Source of the DNA: an uncultured Candidatus Binatia bacterium
GTDB taxonomy: Bacteria > Desulfobacterota > Binatia > UBA9968 > CAXXLF01
DNA length: 64,000 nt
Assembly: GCA_965218425.1 (NCBI GenBank)
Contig: OZ244621.1
Coordinates: 3,136,001-3,200,000, forward strand
Direction: 5' to 3'
The notes below the pieces were generated by a model, which did not search any database, was not told where the DNA came from, and worked only from the letters and a program-made list of their open reading frames with translations. This document shows, piece after piece, positions 19,916 to 30,491 of the stretch (its first letter is position 1; each line of letters opens with the position of its first letter). A program made the position numbers and the translations under genes.

Positions 19916-20776
19916 TCAGGCGAAGGATCCTCTAGCCATGGCCTCCAGGCGTGCGATGCGTTCTTTCATGGGAGGGTGGGTGCTGAACAAAGAACGCAGG
20001 CCGCCGCCCGTTAGAGGGTTCACAATGAACATATGGGCTGTTGCCTCAGCGGTTGACTCGTTGACTTGAAGGGGGATTCTCTCAGAGGCGGCCTGCAGTT
20101 TGTGCAGGGCGCTTGCCAGGGCCAGGGGATCGCCGCAAATCTTGGCCCCTCCTGTATCCGCACCATACTCTCGAGAACGAGAAACGGCCATCTGTATAAT
20201 CATTGCTGCGAGAGGGGCGACGATCATCATGACCACAAGTCCAAAGATGTTTCCTCCCCGATCCCGGTCGTGTCCGCCGAAGATCATGGCCCATTGAGCC
20301 ATCCAGGCCAGATAGCTTATGGCCCCAGCTAACGTGGCTGCGATTGTAGACACTAAAATGTCACGATTTTTCACATGGGCTAGCTCGTGTCCAAGGACTC
20401 CCGCCAATTCCTTTTTGGTGAGGATACGTCGTATTCCGACGGTTACGGCAACGGCGGCGTGCTCCGGATTGCGGCCTGTGGCAAAAGCGTTGGGCGTTTC
20501 TTGAGGAATGACGAAGACCTTAGGCATGGGGAGTCCGCCCCTTTGAGCCAGATCCTGCACGAGACCGTAAAGCTCAGGATCATTTTGAGGACCAATTTCC
20601 TGAGCCCTGTACATGGCTATGACGACCCTGTCGCTATACCAGTAGCTGAAAAAGTTCATGGCCCCGGCAAAAATCAGCGCGATGACCGCCCCCTGGGTGC
20701 CCCCCAACATATCGCCACCCCAAACGAGCAGGGCGGTCAAGGCTCCCAAAAGAACAGTGGTTCGAAGTGTATTCAT
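19916..20776 (-). CDS. htpX: Zinc metalloprotease HtpX
   Basis: [24 protein letters not shown] and FSTHP motifs. Confidence 0.97.
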   Translation of the reverse strand: MNTLRTTVLLGALTALLVWGGDMLGGTQGAVIALIFAGAMNFFSYWYSDRVVIAMYRAQEIGPQNDPELYGLVQDLAQRGGLPMPKVFVIPQETPNAFATGRNPEHAAVAVTVGIRRILTKKELAGVLGHELAHVKNRDILVSTIAATLAGAISYLAWMAQWAMIFGGHDRDRGGNIFGLVVMMIVAPLAAMIIQMAVSRSREYGADTGGAKICGDPLALASALHKLQAASERIPLQVNESTAEATAHMFIVNPLTGGGLRSLFSTHPPMKERIARLEAMARGSFA

Positions 20777-20802
20777 TGATTCACTCCCTTTTTAGATGTG
20801 AC

Positions 20803-20837
20803 ATTGTACAATTTAAGGCGTCGTTTGTTTATGTCAA
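20803..20837 (-). promoter_or_regulatory. htpX sigma70-like promoter with an overlapping palindrome
   Basis: TTGACA-16 nt-TAAATT on the minus strand; palindrome ATTGTACAAT at 20803-20812. Confidence 0.55.
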
Positions 20838-20934
20838 CGGGGGGATGTCTATAGTGCGAAAAGTCCGGTCCCGTGAGTTGAGAACCCCAGTGCCGGCAAA
20901 GCACTGAGCCTGGTCCTGTGATTGCTCCGCCTCA

Positions 20935-21083
20935 TAGGCCAGTGAATATCTGAAACAGCACGTTCGATGCCCACGGCCTTACGTCTCGCTTCCCAGCGTC
21001 GTCTTGCGGATTGGGGCAAGGAGGGCTTGTAAGGAAATATGAAGAACGAGCGAGGATCGGGGGAGGGAAACAAAGCGAGACGC
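20935..21083 (+). repeat. Dispersed structured repeat, copy C
   Basis: TAGGCCAGTGAATATCTGAA...GATGCCCAC..CCTTACGTCTCGCTTCCCAGCGTCG aligns to copy B; hairpin CGTCTCGCTT/AAGCGAGACG. Confidence 0.8.
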
Positions 21084-21084
21084 G

Positions 21085-22119
21085 TTACGGCAGGGTATTT
21101 TGTTCCACTGCCGCAATGAGTTCCTTTAAGTATTCCTCTTGCTCCTTGGCTTGATAAACGGCCAGCGAACCGTCTTGCCTCAGGGGAATCCCTCCGTAAA
21201 AATGGAAGAGATGGCCGTCCCAGTCGAAAAAGTCGTCTCCTCGTTTGTATGCCTTCTTCCACTTTACACCCACTGGGCTTGGATGCAGGGCCGTTCTCGC
21301 CGGCAAAGCGTTTTCCTCTTCTAGCGGTAAGGCAAGCTTTTCTTTCGTGTCCTTTTCTTCCGGGAGTCCTTCCCACATGCGCCGGTAATTAGAGAAAAAC
21401 TCGTCGTACCGAACCGTAAGGGCGGTATGCATATCCCACCAGGGCCTATGTCCGGCAATGCGCTGGTCCACTTTGTCCACGAGCTTGTAAACGATCCGCG
21501 CACCACCCAATAGACGTAGGACGAGGGTGTTCTCTGGGACATCCGGACTATCCAATTGGCTCAGGGCACAGTATTTTTTGAAAAAGGACGCGGTGCGTTC
21601 CAAATCCCGTGACCCATAGACAGCGTGGCTAATTCTACCCACTTTGGCTGGAGTGGAGGCTTCCATGGCACCGTCGGGCATATGCACGGGTGCCCAGAAT
21701 TCGTACTGGTTCCCATCGGGGTCCTGAAAGTATACGGTGGCACCCTCATCGCCTTCGGTAGTTACGCGAATGGGATTGGAATGGGGGATGTCATGCTGCT
21801 CCAGTCTTTTTAAGTGCTCCTCTATCTCCTCGGGGCGAATAAAGAAACCGTATCGGGGTGTTTCCTGTCCCAGTTCTTTGCTGGGAGGAAAGGTTTCCGA
21901 CTGAAGAAACGCTCCCAGACGGCAGGATCCGTTCCCGAAGGGAAGAAAACAAAAGATTGGCAGGTTTCTTTTGCGTGCCTCAGTGGTCAGCAAGGAAATT
22001 GGCTGACGCGGAACGCCGGTGGCATGGATTGCCCAATCCACCCAGGCGGACATGTCGTTGGTCCCGACGGCGAAATGGTCGATCCAATGCGGAGCCCAAC
22101 GGGGATTTTCGTCTGCCAT
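21085..22119 (-). CDS. Tandem VOC (glyoxalase/extradiol dioxygenase-like) protein
   Basis: IDHFAV, YFQDPDGNQYE, ISHAVYGSRDLE and DWDGHLFH motifs; SD GGGAGGA. Confidence 0.8.
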   Translation of the reverse strand: MADENPRWAPHWIDHFAVGTNDMSAWVDWAIHATGVPRQPISLLTTEARKRNLPIFCFLPFGNGSCRLGAFLQSETFPPSKELGQETPRYGFFIRPEEIEEHLKRLEQHDIPHSNPIRVTTEGDEGATVYFQDPDGNQYEFWAPVHMPDGAMEASTPAKVGRISHAVYGSRDLERTASFFKKYCALSQLDSPDVPENTLVLRLLGGARIVYKLVDKVDQRIAGHRPWWDMHTALTVRYDEFFSNYRRMWEGLPEEKDTKEKLALPLEEENALPARTALHPSPVGVKWKKAYKRGDDFFDWDGHLFHFYGGIPLRQDGSLAVYQAKEQEEYLKELIAAVEQNTLP

Positions 22120-22298
22120 ATCTTTTCCTCCCATCGTTAATCGGCACCAAAAGAACTTAAGAACGTTACTCAGTCCTAAACAATCCGTAAGGTATCAATG
22201 AATGCCCCAAGTTGTCAATCGACGGGAACGTTTTGCTTGACTTCGTTTCCCTCGCTCTTTATCATCGTGGAAACACGTTTGTTTTCATCTTTAATCCC

Positions 22299-22789
22299 AT
22301 GAAATACTTTAACAATAAGACGGTCTCACGCATTGCGGAGGTGTCGCTTAGGCGGATCCAGTATTGGGACGAACAGGGATTTATCCGTTCCACCATTTAG
22401 ACAGGCCACTGGGAGAGGGGTCAAAACGGTTATGCTCCTTTTCTGACCCGGTAAAGCTGAAGGTGGTAAAAAACCTATCCGGTCACGGGCTTAGCCTGCA
22501 AGGGATCCGCTCGTGTCTACAACACCTAAGCGAGTATTCACGGACAGGGTGGCGTATTGCCGATTCCCTCAAATTCCTCACTGAGGGGAAGAATCTCTTT
22601 GTTCTAACGGATGACGGCAAGACGATCCTTGGCACCCTCAATAGGGAATTCGTATTTTCACTGGCCATCGGAAATTTAGTGCGGGAACTGAATGGTGAAG
22701 TCCGACGTCTTGAAATGAATGAGAAATCACAAGCCCATTCATCATTTACTCCACCTAGGCGTGTGGTTGCGTCGAGACCTAGAGGTTAG
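22299..22789 (+). pseudogene. Frameshifted MerR-family HTH regulator
   Basis: MKYFNNKTVSRIAEVSLRRIQYWDEQGFI stops at 22400; GSKRLCSFSDPVKLKVVKNL..GLSLQGIR continues in another frame. Confidence 0.8.
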
Positions 22790-22793
22790 TGAA

Positions 22794-25394
22794 GTGGATC
22801 AAGTCAAAGTCAGCCCGATGATTCGGCAGTACCTGCAGATTAAAGAAAAGCACCAGGATGCCATCCTGTTTTTCCGCCTGGGTGATTTTTACGAAATGTT
22901 CTTTGAGGACGCTGAGAAGGCATCGAAGCTATTGGATATTGCGCTCACCTCGCGAAATCGAAACGAGGAGTCGTCAGTACCCCTTTGCGGTGTTCCCCAT
23001 CATGCCGCCACACCGTACATCGGAAAATTACTGGAGGCGGGGTACAAGGTAGCGGTCTGTGAACAGGTGGAGGATCCCAAGACGGCAAAGGGTGTGGTTC
23101 AAAGGGAAGTGGTCAGAGTCATTACCCCAGGTACCATTACGGACGGTAAGTCTTTGGACAGGAGCGACAATAACTTTCTCCTGGCGCTGTCCAAAGGCGG
23201 CAACGATTTTGGCCTGGCCTTTACCGATGTGACCACGGGCGAATTTCGCTTTACCCAGCTCGCTGATTACCCTTCTCTCCTGGACGAGGTGCTGCGGGTT
23301 CATCCACGTGAAATCATCATCCATGAGGAGGATACATCTTTTGCTGAAAAGCTCAGAAACGATCTGGGTGACGTTCACCTCAGCCTCGTGGCGGGATCCA
23401 TCTATACCCAGGGAGCCACAGAGCGTCTTCAGTCCATGGGGGTCTGGGCCGACGGGTCGAGCGAAGAGTGGGACCAAGGCCTCCAGGCGGCCGGCGCCAT
23501 CGTTTCCTTCCTGGAGCAAAATCTGTCCGAGGCCCTCAAGGGGCTTGGCAACTTGGAGCCTTACCGCGCATCTCAGTTTATGATGCTCGACGATACCAGC
23601 AGGCACAATCTCGAACTCCTGTCGGACTACCAAGGGCAGAGGCAGGGATCCCTGCTTGGAGTCCTGGACCATACCCTGACTCCAATGGGGGCCAGACACT
23701 TGCGACGATGGATCCTGTACCCCCTGCTGGACGAGCTGGCTATCCGCGAGCGTCAAGACGGCGTTGAAGACTTAGTAGAAGACTATAAGGGTCGTCAGGA
23801 CCTCAGAGGGTGCCTTAAAGGCTTGCAGGATCTGGAGCGATTGGCAGGGAGAATTGTTGCCGGCAGTGCAAACCCAAGGGACCTCGTGGCGGTAAAGGAA
23901 ACCCTACGTGCCCTCAACCCCATTAGCGGAAAGTTGCAAGGATACCGTGCGGAGATTTTTGGCCGAATCGGACAGGATCTCTGGGATCTACCCGAAGTGG
24001 TGGATCTCGTGGAACGGGCCATTGTAGATGATCCCCGTCCCTATCTGAAGGATGGAGGAGTCATTCGAGCCGGGTTCAATGCTGAACTGGACGAGTTGAG
24101 GGGGATCCGAGGTGACGCGAGGAATTGGATCGCCTTGTTGCAAAATCAGGAACGCAAACGTACGGGTATCAACACATTGAAAGTAGGGTACAATAAGGTC
24201 TTTGGTTATTACATCGAGGTGACCAACGCTAACCTGAAGTTGGTTCCATCCGATTACCTTCGCAAGCAAACCCTCACCAATGGAGAGCGATATATAACAC
24301 CTGAGCTCAAGGAATATGAGGCCAAGATCCTCGGTTCTGAGGAAGAAATTCAAAAGCTGGAGAATTCGGTCTTCGGCGAGATCCGAGAAAAGGTCGCTTC
24401 CCACTACGAAAAAATGAAACAGGCCAGCCTTGCTTTGGCCAGGCTCGATGTCTTGGTGTCCTTAGCGGAAGCGGCCCATTCCTGTCATTTCGTGCGGCCG
24501 AAAGTGGATTCTGGGTTCACCCTATCCATTCGTGAAGGGCGTCACCCGGTGGTGGAAGCCGTCCGGGGTCGCGGGGCATTTGTTCCCAATGATTGTCTGC
24601 TGGATTGCGAATCTCATCAGATCCTAATTCTCACGGGGCCCAACATGGTGGGAAAATCAACCTATATGCGCCAGGTGGCCCTGATTGTGCTCCTGGCACA
24701 GATGGGAAGCTTTGTCCCAGCGGCTGAAGCTAGGATCGGGCTGGTGGATCGGCTTTTCACCAGGATCGGCGCGGCGGATGCGCTGGCCCGCGGAGAGTCA
24801 ACCTTCATGGTGGAAATGAGGGAGACCGCACGAATCCTTCAGCAGGCCACCCCCAGGAGCCTGATTCTGTTGGATGAGGTGGGTCGTGGAACCAGTACAT
24901 TCGACGGCATTTCCATTGCCTGGTCCGTAGCGGAATACCTTCATGGGGTTCACCATCGCCCCCGGACCCTGTTTGCTACCCATTATCATGAGCTGGCCGA
25001 TCTGGCTTTGACCCAGGAACGGGTGAGGAACTTTAGCTTTGCAGTGAAAGAGTGGAAGGGAGATGTCATATTCTTACGTAGCCTCGTGGAGGGAGCTTCC
25101 AGTCACAGTTACGGCATCCATGTGGCTAGTCTTGCCGGTCTCCCGCATTCGGTGGTCCAACGGGCCAAGGATATCCTGAACAACCTCGAAGGAGAGGAGC
25201 TGGACGGGGGTGGCCGACCAAGGTTAGCAGGTCCCTCCAGCGGGAATGATCAATCCCAAATGGTGCTATTTGCACCTTCGGACTCTATGCTACGCGAGGA
25301 GTTGAAGCGGGTCGATGTGTCGGTACTGACTCCGGTTGAGGCGCTGAATCTTCTCAATCGGTTGGTGGAAGAGGCAAAGAAAGACAGCCGGTAG
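22794..25394 (+). CDS. mutS: DNA mismatch repair protein MutS
   Basis: SPMIRQY, FRLGDFYEMF, TGPNMVGKST, STFMVEM and DEVGRGTST motifs; likely GTG start 22794. Confidence 0.98.
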   Translation: MDQVKVSPMIRQYLQIKEKHQDAILFFRLGDFYEMFFEDAEKASKLLDIALTSRNRNEESSVPLCGVPHHAATPYIGKLLEAGYKVAVCEQVEDPKTAKGVVQREVVRVITPGTITDGKSLDRSDNNFLLALSKGGNDFGLAFTDVTTGEFRFTQLADYPSLLDEVLRVHPREIIIHEEDTSFAEKLRNDLGDVHLSLVAGSIYTQGATERLQSMGVWADGSSEEWDQGLQAAGAIVSFLEQNLSEALKGLGNLEPYRASQFMMLDDTSRHNLELLSDYQGQRQGSLLGVLDHTLTPMGARHLRRWILYPLLDELAIRERQDGVEDLVEDYKGRQDLRGCLKGLQDLERLAGRIVAGSANPRDLVAVKETLRALNPISGKLQGYRAEIFGRIGQDLWDLPEVVDLVERAIVDDPRPYLKDGGVIRAGFNAELDELRGIRGDARNWIALLQNQERKRTGINTLKVGYNKVFGYYIEVTNANLKLVPSDYLRKQTLTNGERYITPELKEYEAKILGSEEEIQKLENSVFGEIREKVASHYEKMKQASLALARLDVLVSLAEAAHSCHFVRPKVDSGFTLSIREGRHPVVEAVRGRGAFVPNDCLLDCESHQILILTGPNMVGKSTYMRQVALIVLLAQMGSFVPAAEARIGLVDRLFTRIGAADALARGESTFMVEMRETARILQQATPRSLILLDEVGRGTSTFDGISIAWSVAEYLHGVHHRPRTLFATHYHELADLALTQERVRNFSFAVKEWKGDVIFLRSLVEGASSHSYGIHVASLAGLPHSVVQRAKDILNNLEGEELDGGGRPRLAGPSSGNDQSQMVLFAPSDSMLREELKRVDVSVLTPVEALNLLNRLVEEAKKDSR

Positions 25395-25398
25395 CGAG

Positions 25399-26685
25399 AT
25401 GCACTTACCTCGACTTTCAAAAATCCTGTTCATGGGTTTTGTTTTGGCCCTTGGAGTGTTCCACTTCTCGGACGTGATCTGGTCACAAAGTGGCAGTGGG
25501 TTACGTGTTAAGCAGGCGCACGGGAAGAATCGCAAGATAAACAAGCAATCCAAAAGATCGAGTAAGCCGCAGACCTCCCTGGTGCACAGGATTCGGTATG
25601 TTTCCTCCAATAGTTACACGCGGGTCATTATGGATCTGTCGTGGAGGATCAAATATGAGACCCATGTTTTGAAGGGAAATCCCGCCAAAGGCTTACCTCC
25701 AAGGATCTATGTGGATCTATCGGGCGCGCACCTAGCCTCGGACCTTAAGCGGAAAATCGTCGTCCAGGATCGGTTGTTGCAACAGGTGCGTGTGGGACAG
25801 TTTAAAAGTGACGTTGTGAGGATGGTCTTGGACATGAAGAGTTTACGGGACTATCGGGTATTTTTGCTGCCCAGTCCCTTTCGCTTGGTGATGGATGTCC
25901 ATGGAAAGGGCAATGGGACTCGCCCAAGGGTTGCGAAGAAACCCAACCGTAACCGGCTTGCGAAACAGAAAAACGGTTGGAATGGGAAAACACGCCCAGG
26001 CCGTATTCGCAAGATCGTCCTGGACCCCGGCCATGGAGGCAAAGATCCGGGGGCGGTGGGAGTCAATGGCCTTGCTGAAAAGGATATTGTTCTCGCTCTT
26101 GCAAAACGGTTGGCAAAAAAGCTCAAAAGAAAGATGAGGGTGGAAGTGGTTCTTACCCGTGAGAGGGATGTTTTCGTACCTCTTGAAGAAAGGACGGCCT
26201 TCGCCAATGCCCAGAACGCGGATCTTTTTGTTTCCCTTCACATCAATGCGAGCCGCAACCGCCGTTTGAGGGGTATTGAGAGCTACTACCTGGACAATGC
26301 CACGGACGAGGCAACGATCCGGTTGGCGGCACGCGAGAACGGGACATCCCGGCGAAACATATCAGACCTTCAGTTCATTCTGAGCGACTTGACTCAGAAC
26401 TCAAAGCTCGAGGATTCCATTGGCCTGGCTCACCACATCCAATCAACCCTCGTTTCCCATATGGGAAGAAAATATCGTCGTGTCAAAAATCTCGGAGTGA
26501 AAAAGGGCCTGTTTTATGTATTGGTGGGAGCGAGAATGCCCAGTGTGCTGCTGGAATTGTTTTTTATAACCAACAGATATGAAGGTCGTGCCCTGGCCAG
26601 GGAGCGGTTCCAGGATGACATCGTAGATGCCCTTTATCTCGGAGTCAAAAAGTATGATGCCAGCACCGTGGGTAGAAATTTGTAG
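25399..26685 (+). CDS. amiC: N-acetylmuramoyl-L-alanine amidase (AMIN + Amidase_3)
   Basis: LDPGHGGKDPGA, FVSLHIN and MPSVLLE motifs; AMIN VRMVLD. Confidence 0.92.
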   Translation: MHLPRLSKILFMGFVLALGVFHFSDVIWSQSGSGLRVKQAHGKNRKINKQSKRSSKPQTSLVHRIRYVSSNSYTRVIMDLSWRIKYETHVLKGNPAKGLPPRIYVDLSGAHLASDLKRKIVVQDRLLQQVRVGQFKSDVVRMVLDMKSLRDYRVFLLPSPFRLVMDVHGKGNGTRPRVAKKPNRNRLAKQKNGWNGKTRPGRIRKIVLDPGHGGKDPGAVGVNGLAEKDIVLALAKRLAKKLKRKMRVEVVLTRERDVFVPLEERTAFANAQNADLFVSLHINASRNRRLRGIESYYLDNATDEATIRLAARENGTSRRNISDLQFILSDLTQNSKLEDSIGLAHHIQSTLVSHMGRKYRRVKNLGVKKGLFYVLVGARMPSVLLELFFITNRYEGRALARERFQDDIVDALYLGVKKYDASTVGRNL

Positions 26686-26704
26686 GAAGGATATCCGAGT
26701 GACC

Positions 26705-27798
26705 TATTGAGAACCGCATAATATAGTAACATTGGATAAGAACTTAATGTATAGTGGTGGTATGGGAAACCCACTTGGAGTGCGACGGGACTTTGAAGCA
26801 TTGGAGCGACGGCGGATGGAGGCGGGGAGGCTGTTGAAGCGAGGGCTGTCGGAGGCGGAGGTGGCGCGTTGGGTGGGAGTGCACCGCCAGTCGGTGAATC
26901 GATGGGCGCGGCAGTTGGCCGAGAGCGGCAGAGCCGGGCTCAAGCAGGCGGGGCGTGCCGGACGCAAGCCGCGACTGAGCCCGGCGGATCTGAAGAAGAT
27001 CGAGGGCGGTTTGAAACGGGGACCCGAAGCGCTGGGGTACGACACGAGCCTGTGGACCGCAAGGCGAGTGGCCCACTTGATTGGGGAAGCCTGCGGAGTC
27101 ACATACCATCCGGGCCATGTTTGGCGGATATTGCGGCAGTTGGGGTGGAGTTGCCAGCGGCCGACGGGACGTGCCTTGGAACGAGATGAAGAGGCGATCC
27201 GGCAGTGGAAGAAGAAGCGCTGGCCGGAGATTAAAAAAAAGCCCGAAACGAGGGGCGAACCATAGTGTTCGTGGACGAAAGCGGGCTGAGCGAGCGGCCG
27301 AATCGGTATCGTACGTGGTCGCCCCGAGGACAGACGCCAGTGCTGCAATATCACTTCAACTGGAAGAGTCTGTCGGCCATCGCCGGAGTCACCTGGTGGC
27401 GCTTGTACTTTCGAGTGTATCCGGGAGCCATCAAGAGCCCCCAGATCATCGAATTCCTGAAGCACTTGATGCGTCATGTTTCCGGGCCGCTGCTGGTAGT
27501 GTGGGACGGACTGCCCAGCCACCAGAGCCGGTTGGTTCGGGACTTTGTTGCCGCTACCGAAGGCGCGTTGGTGCTGGAACGGTTGCCGGCCTATGCACCG
27601 GAACTGAATCCCGTCGAATACCTCTGGGGATACTGGAAGCATCATGAACTGCCCAACTTCTGTGCCAAGGACTTCGCTCAACTCAGCCACCATGCTCGTC
27701 GGGCCCTTTGCCGAATGCGCCGCAGGCCTCGTCTCGTTACCGCCTTCTGGAAACAGTCCAGCCTTTTCTGATGTCATTATATTATACGAGGATCAATA
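26705..27798 (+). mobile_element. IS630-family insertion sequence, copy 1 (1094 bp including both TA)
   Basis: TA duplication; imperfect ~29-bp TIRs TATTGAGAACCGCATAATATA / TATTGATCCTCGTATAATATA; near-identical copy at 61402. Confidence 0.96.
26762..27771 (+). CDS. IS630 transposase (OrfA HTH + OrfB DDE, joined by a -1 frameshift at A8G 27233-27241)
   Basis: HTH region WTARRV; the -1 frame gives IKKKARNEGRTIVFVDESG...VWDG...PELNPVEYLW. Confidence 0.93.
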
Positions 27799-27800
27799 GC

Positions 27801-30491
27801 ATGGACCTGATGAATTGGAAAAATCTACTGGAGCCCACGGAATCGGACCCAAGCCGAGGGGCGCGTGCCTACATTCGGAAAGGCAGGGAGATTCTTTTTG
27901 AGGCCCACCGTGCCGGCGCCGGGGGAAATGAAATTGTGTTGGCCTACACGGGAATGATGGACCACCTGATTACTTCCCTGTTCGAATCGGCCAGCAGGGA
28001 CTATGTGAGCCGTTACCCTAGCTTGAATACACGTTGTGGGGTGATTGCCCTGGGTGGATACGGCAGGGAGGAGCTCAACCCCCAGTCTGATATTGATCTT
28101 CTCTTTATCCATATTTGGAAGGTGACCCCCTTTGTGGAGGCGGTGGCGGAGAAAATCCTCTACGCCCTCTGGGATTCGGGACTCCAGGTGGGTCACGCCA
28201 TCCGAAGTATCGCTGAATCCGTGCGTCTCGGTAACAAGGATACGAAAGTCAAAACGGGCATGATTGATGCTCGTTTTTTGTCCGGTGACATACAACTCTA
28301 TAAGGATCTTAGAGGTGCCATCCAGGGTCAATTCTCCGGAATTTCGGGGGATCGATTTATCCGTAGAAAGATCGAGGAAAACCACCTCCGACATGAGCGT
28401 TATGGAGGGTCCGTCTATCTCTCGGAGCCGGATGTCAAAGAAGGAGAGGGGGGGCTGAGGGACATCCATGCCGCGCTATGGGTGTCCAAGACTCGATGGA
28501 ACATAAATCATTTGGAAGAGTTGGAATCCAGGGGAATACTGAACTCATCCGATCTCTCCCTGTTGAAGGAATCACAGGATTTTATTTGGCGCGTAAGGAA
28601 TGAGATTCACTTCTCTGCCGAAACCCACCAGGATCAACTGAACTTTGAGTTGCAGGAAAAAGTGGCGGCGAACCTGGGCTACACAGATGACGAAAACATA
28701 AAAGGGGTAGAAGCCTTTATGCGTGCCTACTACCTCCATGCCGCTCAGATCAGTCGAGTGACTAGCCTCATCCTCCACCGTGCCACTGAGGGGACCGATT
28801 CCAACCACCGGAAAAATCACGCCCCGGGCAGAGAAATTCGACCCGGGGTCCATGTCTCGAAAGGGGTCCTCACCATTACGCGCCCGGAGATGTTGGATAC
28901 CGATCCGGAGCTGATGATAACCGTGTTCGGGAACGCCCAGCGAAGTGGGGCCGAGATCAATCAGGAAACCCGGGAGTTGCTGCGAGCGCGTCTTGGCCTC
29001 ATTGATGAGAAATTCCGTCACACGGCGAAATCCAAGGCGACTTTCCTGCAAATTCTCAAAGGACCCGAACGGGTCTACGAAACTCTGGTGGAGATGCACC
29101 GTTGTGGGGTGTTGGATGAGTTTATTCCGGAGTTTGGTCGAGTGCTGTGCATGGTCCAACACGATCTTTACCATATCTATACCGTGGACCAGCACTCCCT
29201 GAAAGCGGTAAAGGAATTCGAGGCCTTGAGAGCGGGGGATTATCGGGACAACTTGCCGCTGCTGACTCAACTGGCTCGAGAGATGGACAAAGTCGAGATT
29301 CTTCTACTTAGCATCTTGTTCCATGACATCGGGAAAGGCCATGGAGGTAACCATCCCGAGATCGGAAGTCACACCGCCACGAAGATTGCACGCAGGCTTG
29401 GCCTCAATGTGGATGATCGAGTCCAGTTGTCCTTTCTGGTGCTTCAACACCTTAACCTGTCAAATATGGCGTTCCGACGCGATATTGACGACGAAGAGCA
29501 GGTCATTGATTTTGCTCAAACTATGGGGAGTCTCAGCAATCTTAAAATGCTCTACCTCCTGACCTATGCAGACATCAATGCTGTTGCCCCTGGAGTCTGG
29601 AACAATTGGAAGGCTTCGTTGCTTGAAGATCTCTTCGTCCGTTCCCTCAGAGTCCTGGAAGATCTGGAGAAGGGCGCCTTTCGCAGGGCCGATAGCCAGT
29701 CGAGAATCCGACGGATTCAAACCCGGCTTACGCAAGAGCTCGCCGGCCAATCCTCCCCGGACCGAATCCAGGCTTTTTTCGACAACATGCCAGACCGTTA
29801 TTTCCTGACCACGCCGGAATCGGAAATGCCCGTTCACTTTGAGTTAATGGAGAAATTTTCCAATCAACTGTTTCTGACCCGTGTGCGCCATTTTCCCGAG
29901 CGGGAATACTCTGAAATGGCAATCTGTGCGCAGGACCGCTCCGGGTTGTTTGCGCAAATTACCGGTATCTTCGCTTCCATGGGGCTCGACACCCTGAGTG
30001 CCAGGATCAACACGCGAAGGGACGGGATCATCCTGGATGTGTTTCGAATTTCTCACCTGGGCAGACCTGAGGTGGTCATGGAGGAAAGCAAATGGGCGAG
30101 GGTAGAAGACACCCTGAAGGGGGTTCTGACAGGCACAGTGGATATCGCACGCACGGTGGCAGAATCTGGAAGCTCCCTGCTCTTCAAAAAGAGGCCCGCG
30201 CCACGGGTTCCCACCATGATCCTGTTCGATCACAATGGTTCGGATGACTTTACGATTATTGAGGTCTACACCGAGGACCGGACTGGAGTTCTGTTTGCAA
30301 TCACCTTCGCGCTGCACCAGCTAGGCATCTGGATTCATTTAGCCAAGATATCCACCAATGTGGATCAAGTGGCCGACGTTTTTTACGTTACCGATGGGAA
30401 GCGGAAAAAAATTGAGGACAAGGAGCAGCTGGAGTCCATCCGGCAAAAGCTGATGGAAAGTCTGAGCTTGAGCAATGCCAGAGTCGCTTAG
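27801..30491 (+). CDS. glnD: [Protein-PII] uridylyltransferase
   Basis: ALGGYGREELNPQSDIDL, PDVKEGEGGLRD, HIYTVDQH and HDIGKG motifs; C-terminal ACT domains. Confidence 0.97.
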   Translation: MDLMNWKNLLEPTESDPSRGARAYIRKGREILFEAHRAGAGGNEIVLAYTGMMDHLITSLFESASRDYVSRYPSLNTRCGVIALGGYGREELNPQSDIDLLFIHIWKVTPFVEAVAEKILYALWDSGLQVGHAIRSIAESVRLGNKDTKVKTGMIDARFLSGDIQLYKDLRGAIQGQFSGISGDRFIRRKIEENHLRHERYGGSVYLSEPDVKEGEGGLRDIHAALWVSKTRWNINHLEELESRGILNSSDLSLLKESQDFIWRVRNEIHFSAETHQDQLNFELQEKVAANLGYTDDENIKGVEAFMRAYYLHAAQISRVTSLILHRATEGTDSNHRKNHAPGREIRPGVHVSKGVLTITRPEMLDTDPELMITVFGNAQRSGAEINQETRELLRARLGLIDEKFRHTAKSKATFLQILKGPERVYETLVEMHRCGVLDEFIPEFGRVLCMVQHDLYHIYTVDQHSLKAVKEFEALRAGDYRDNLPLLTQLAREMDKVEILLLSILFHDIGKGHGGNHPEIGSHTATKIARRLGLNVDDRVQLSFLVLQHLNLSNMAFRRDIDDEEQVIDFAQTMGSLSNLKMLYLLTYADINAVAPGVWNNWKASLLEDLFVRSLRVLEDLEKGAFRRADSQSRIRRIQTRLTQELAGQSSPDRIQAFFDNMPDRYFLTTPESEMPVHFELMEKFSNQLFLTRVRHFPEREYSEMAICAQDRSGLFAQITGIFASMGLDTLSARINTRRDGIILDVFRISHLGRPEVVMEESKWARVEDTLKGVLTGTVDIARTVAESGSSLLFKKRPAPRVPTMILFDHNGSDDFTIIEVYTEDRTGVLFAITFALHQLGIWIHLAKISTNVDQVADVFYVTDGKRKKIEDKEQLESIRQKLMESLSLSNARVA

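Noticed and set aside
26704..27777. 357-aa antisense ORF spanning IS630 (and its twin 61423..62496)
   Set aside because: Shadow of the transposase; no motif, no SD
27708..27800. N-terminal extension of the glnD ORF in the track
   Set aside because: It lies inside the IS630 end; the same peptide appears at copy 2
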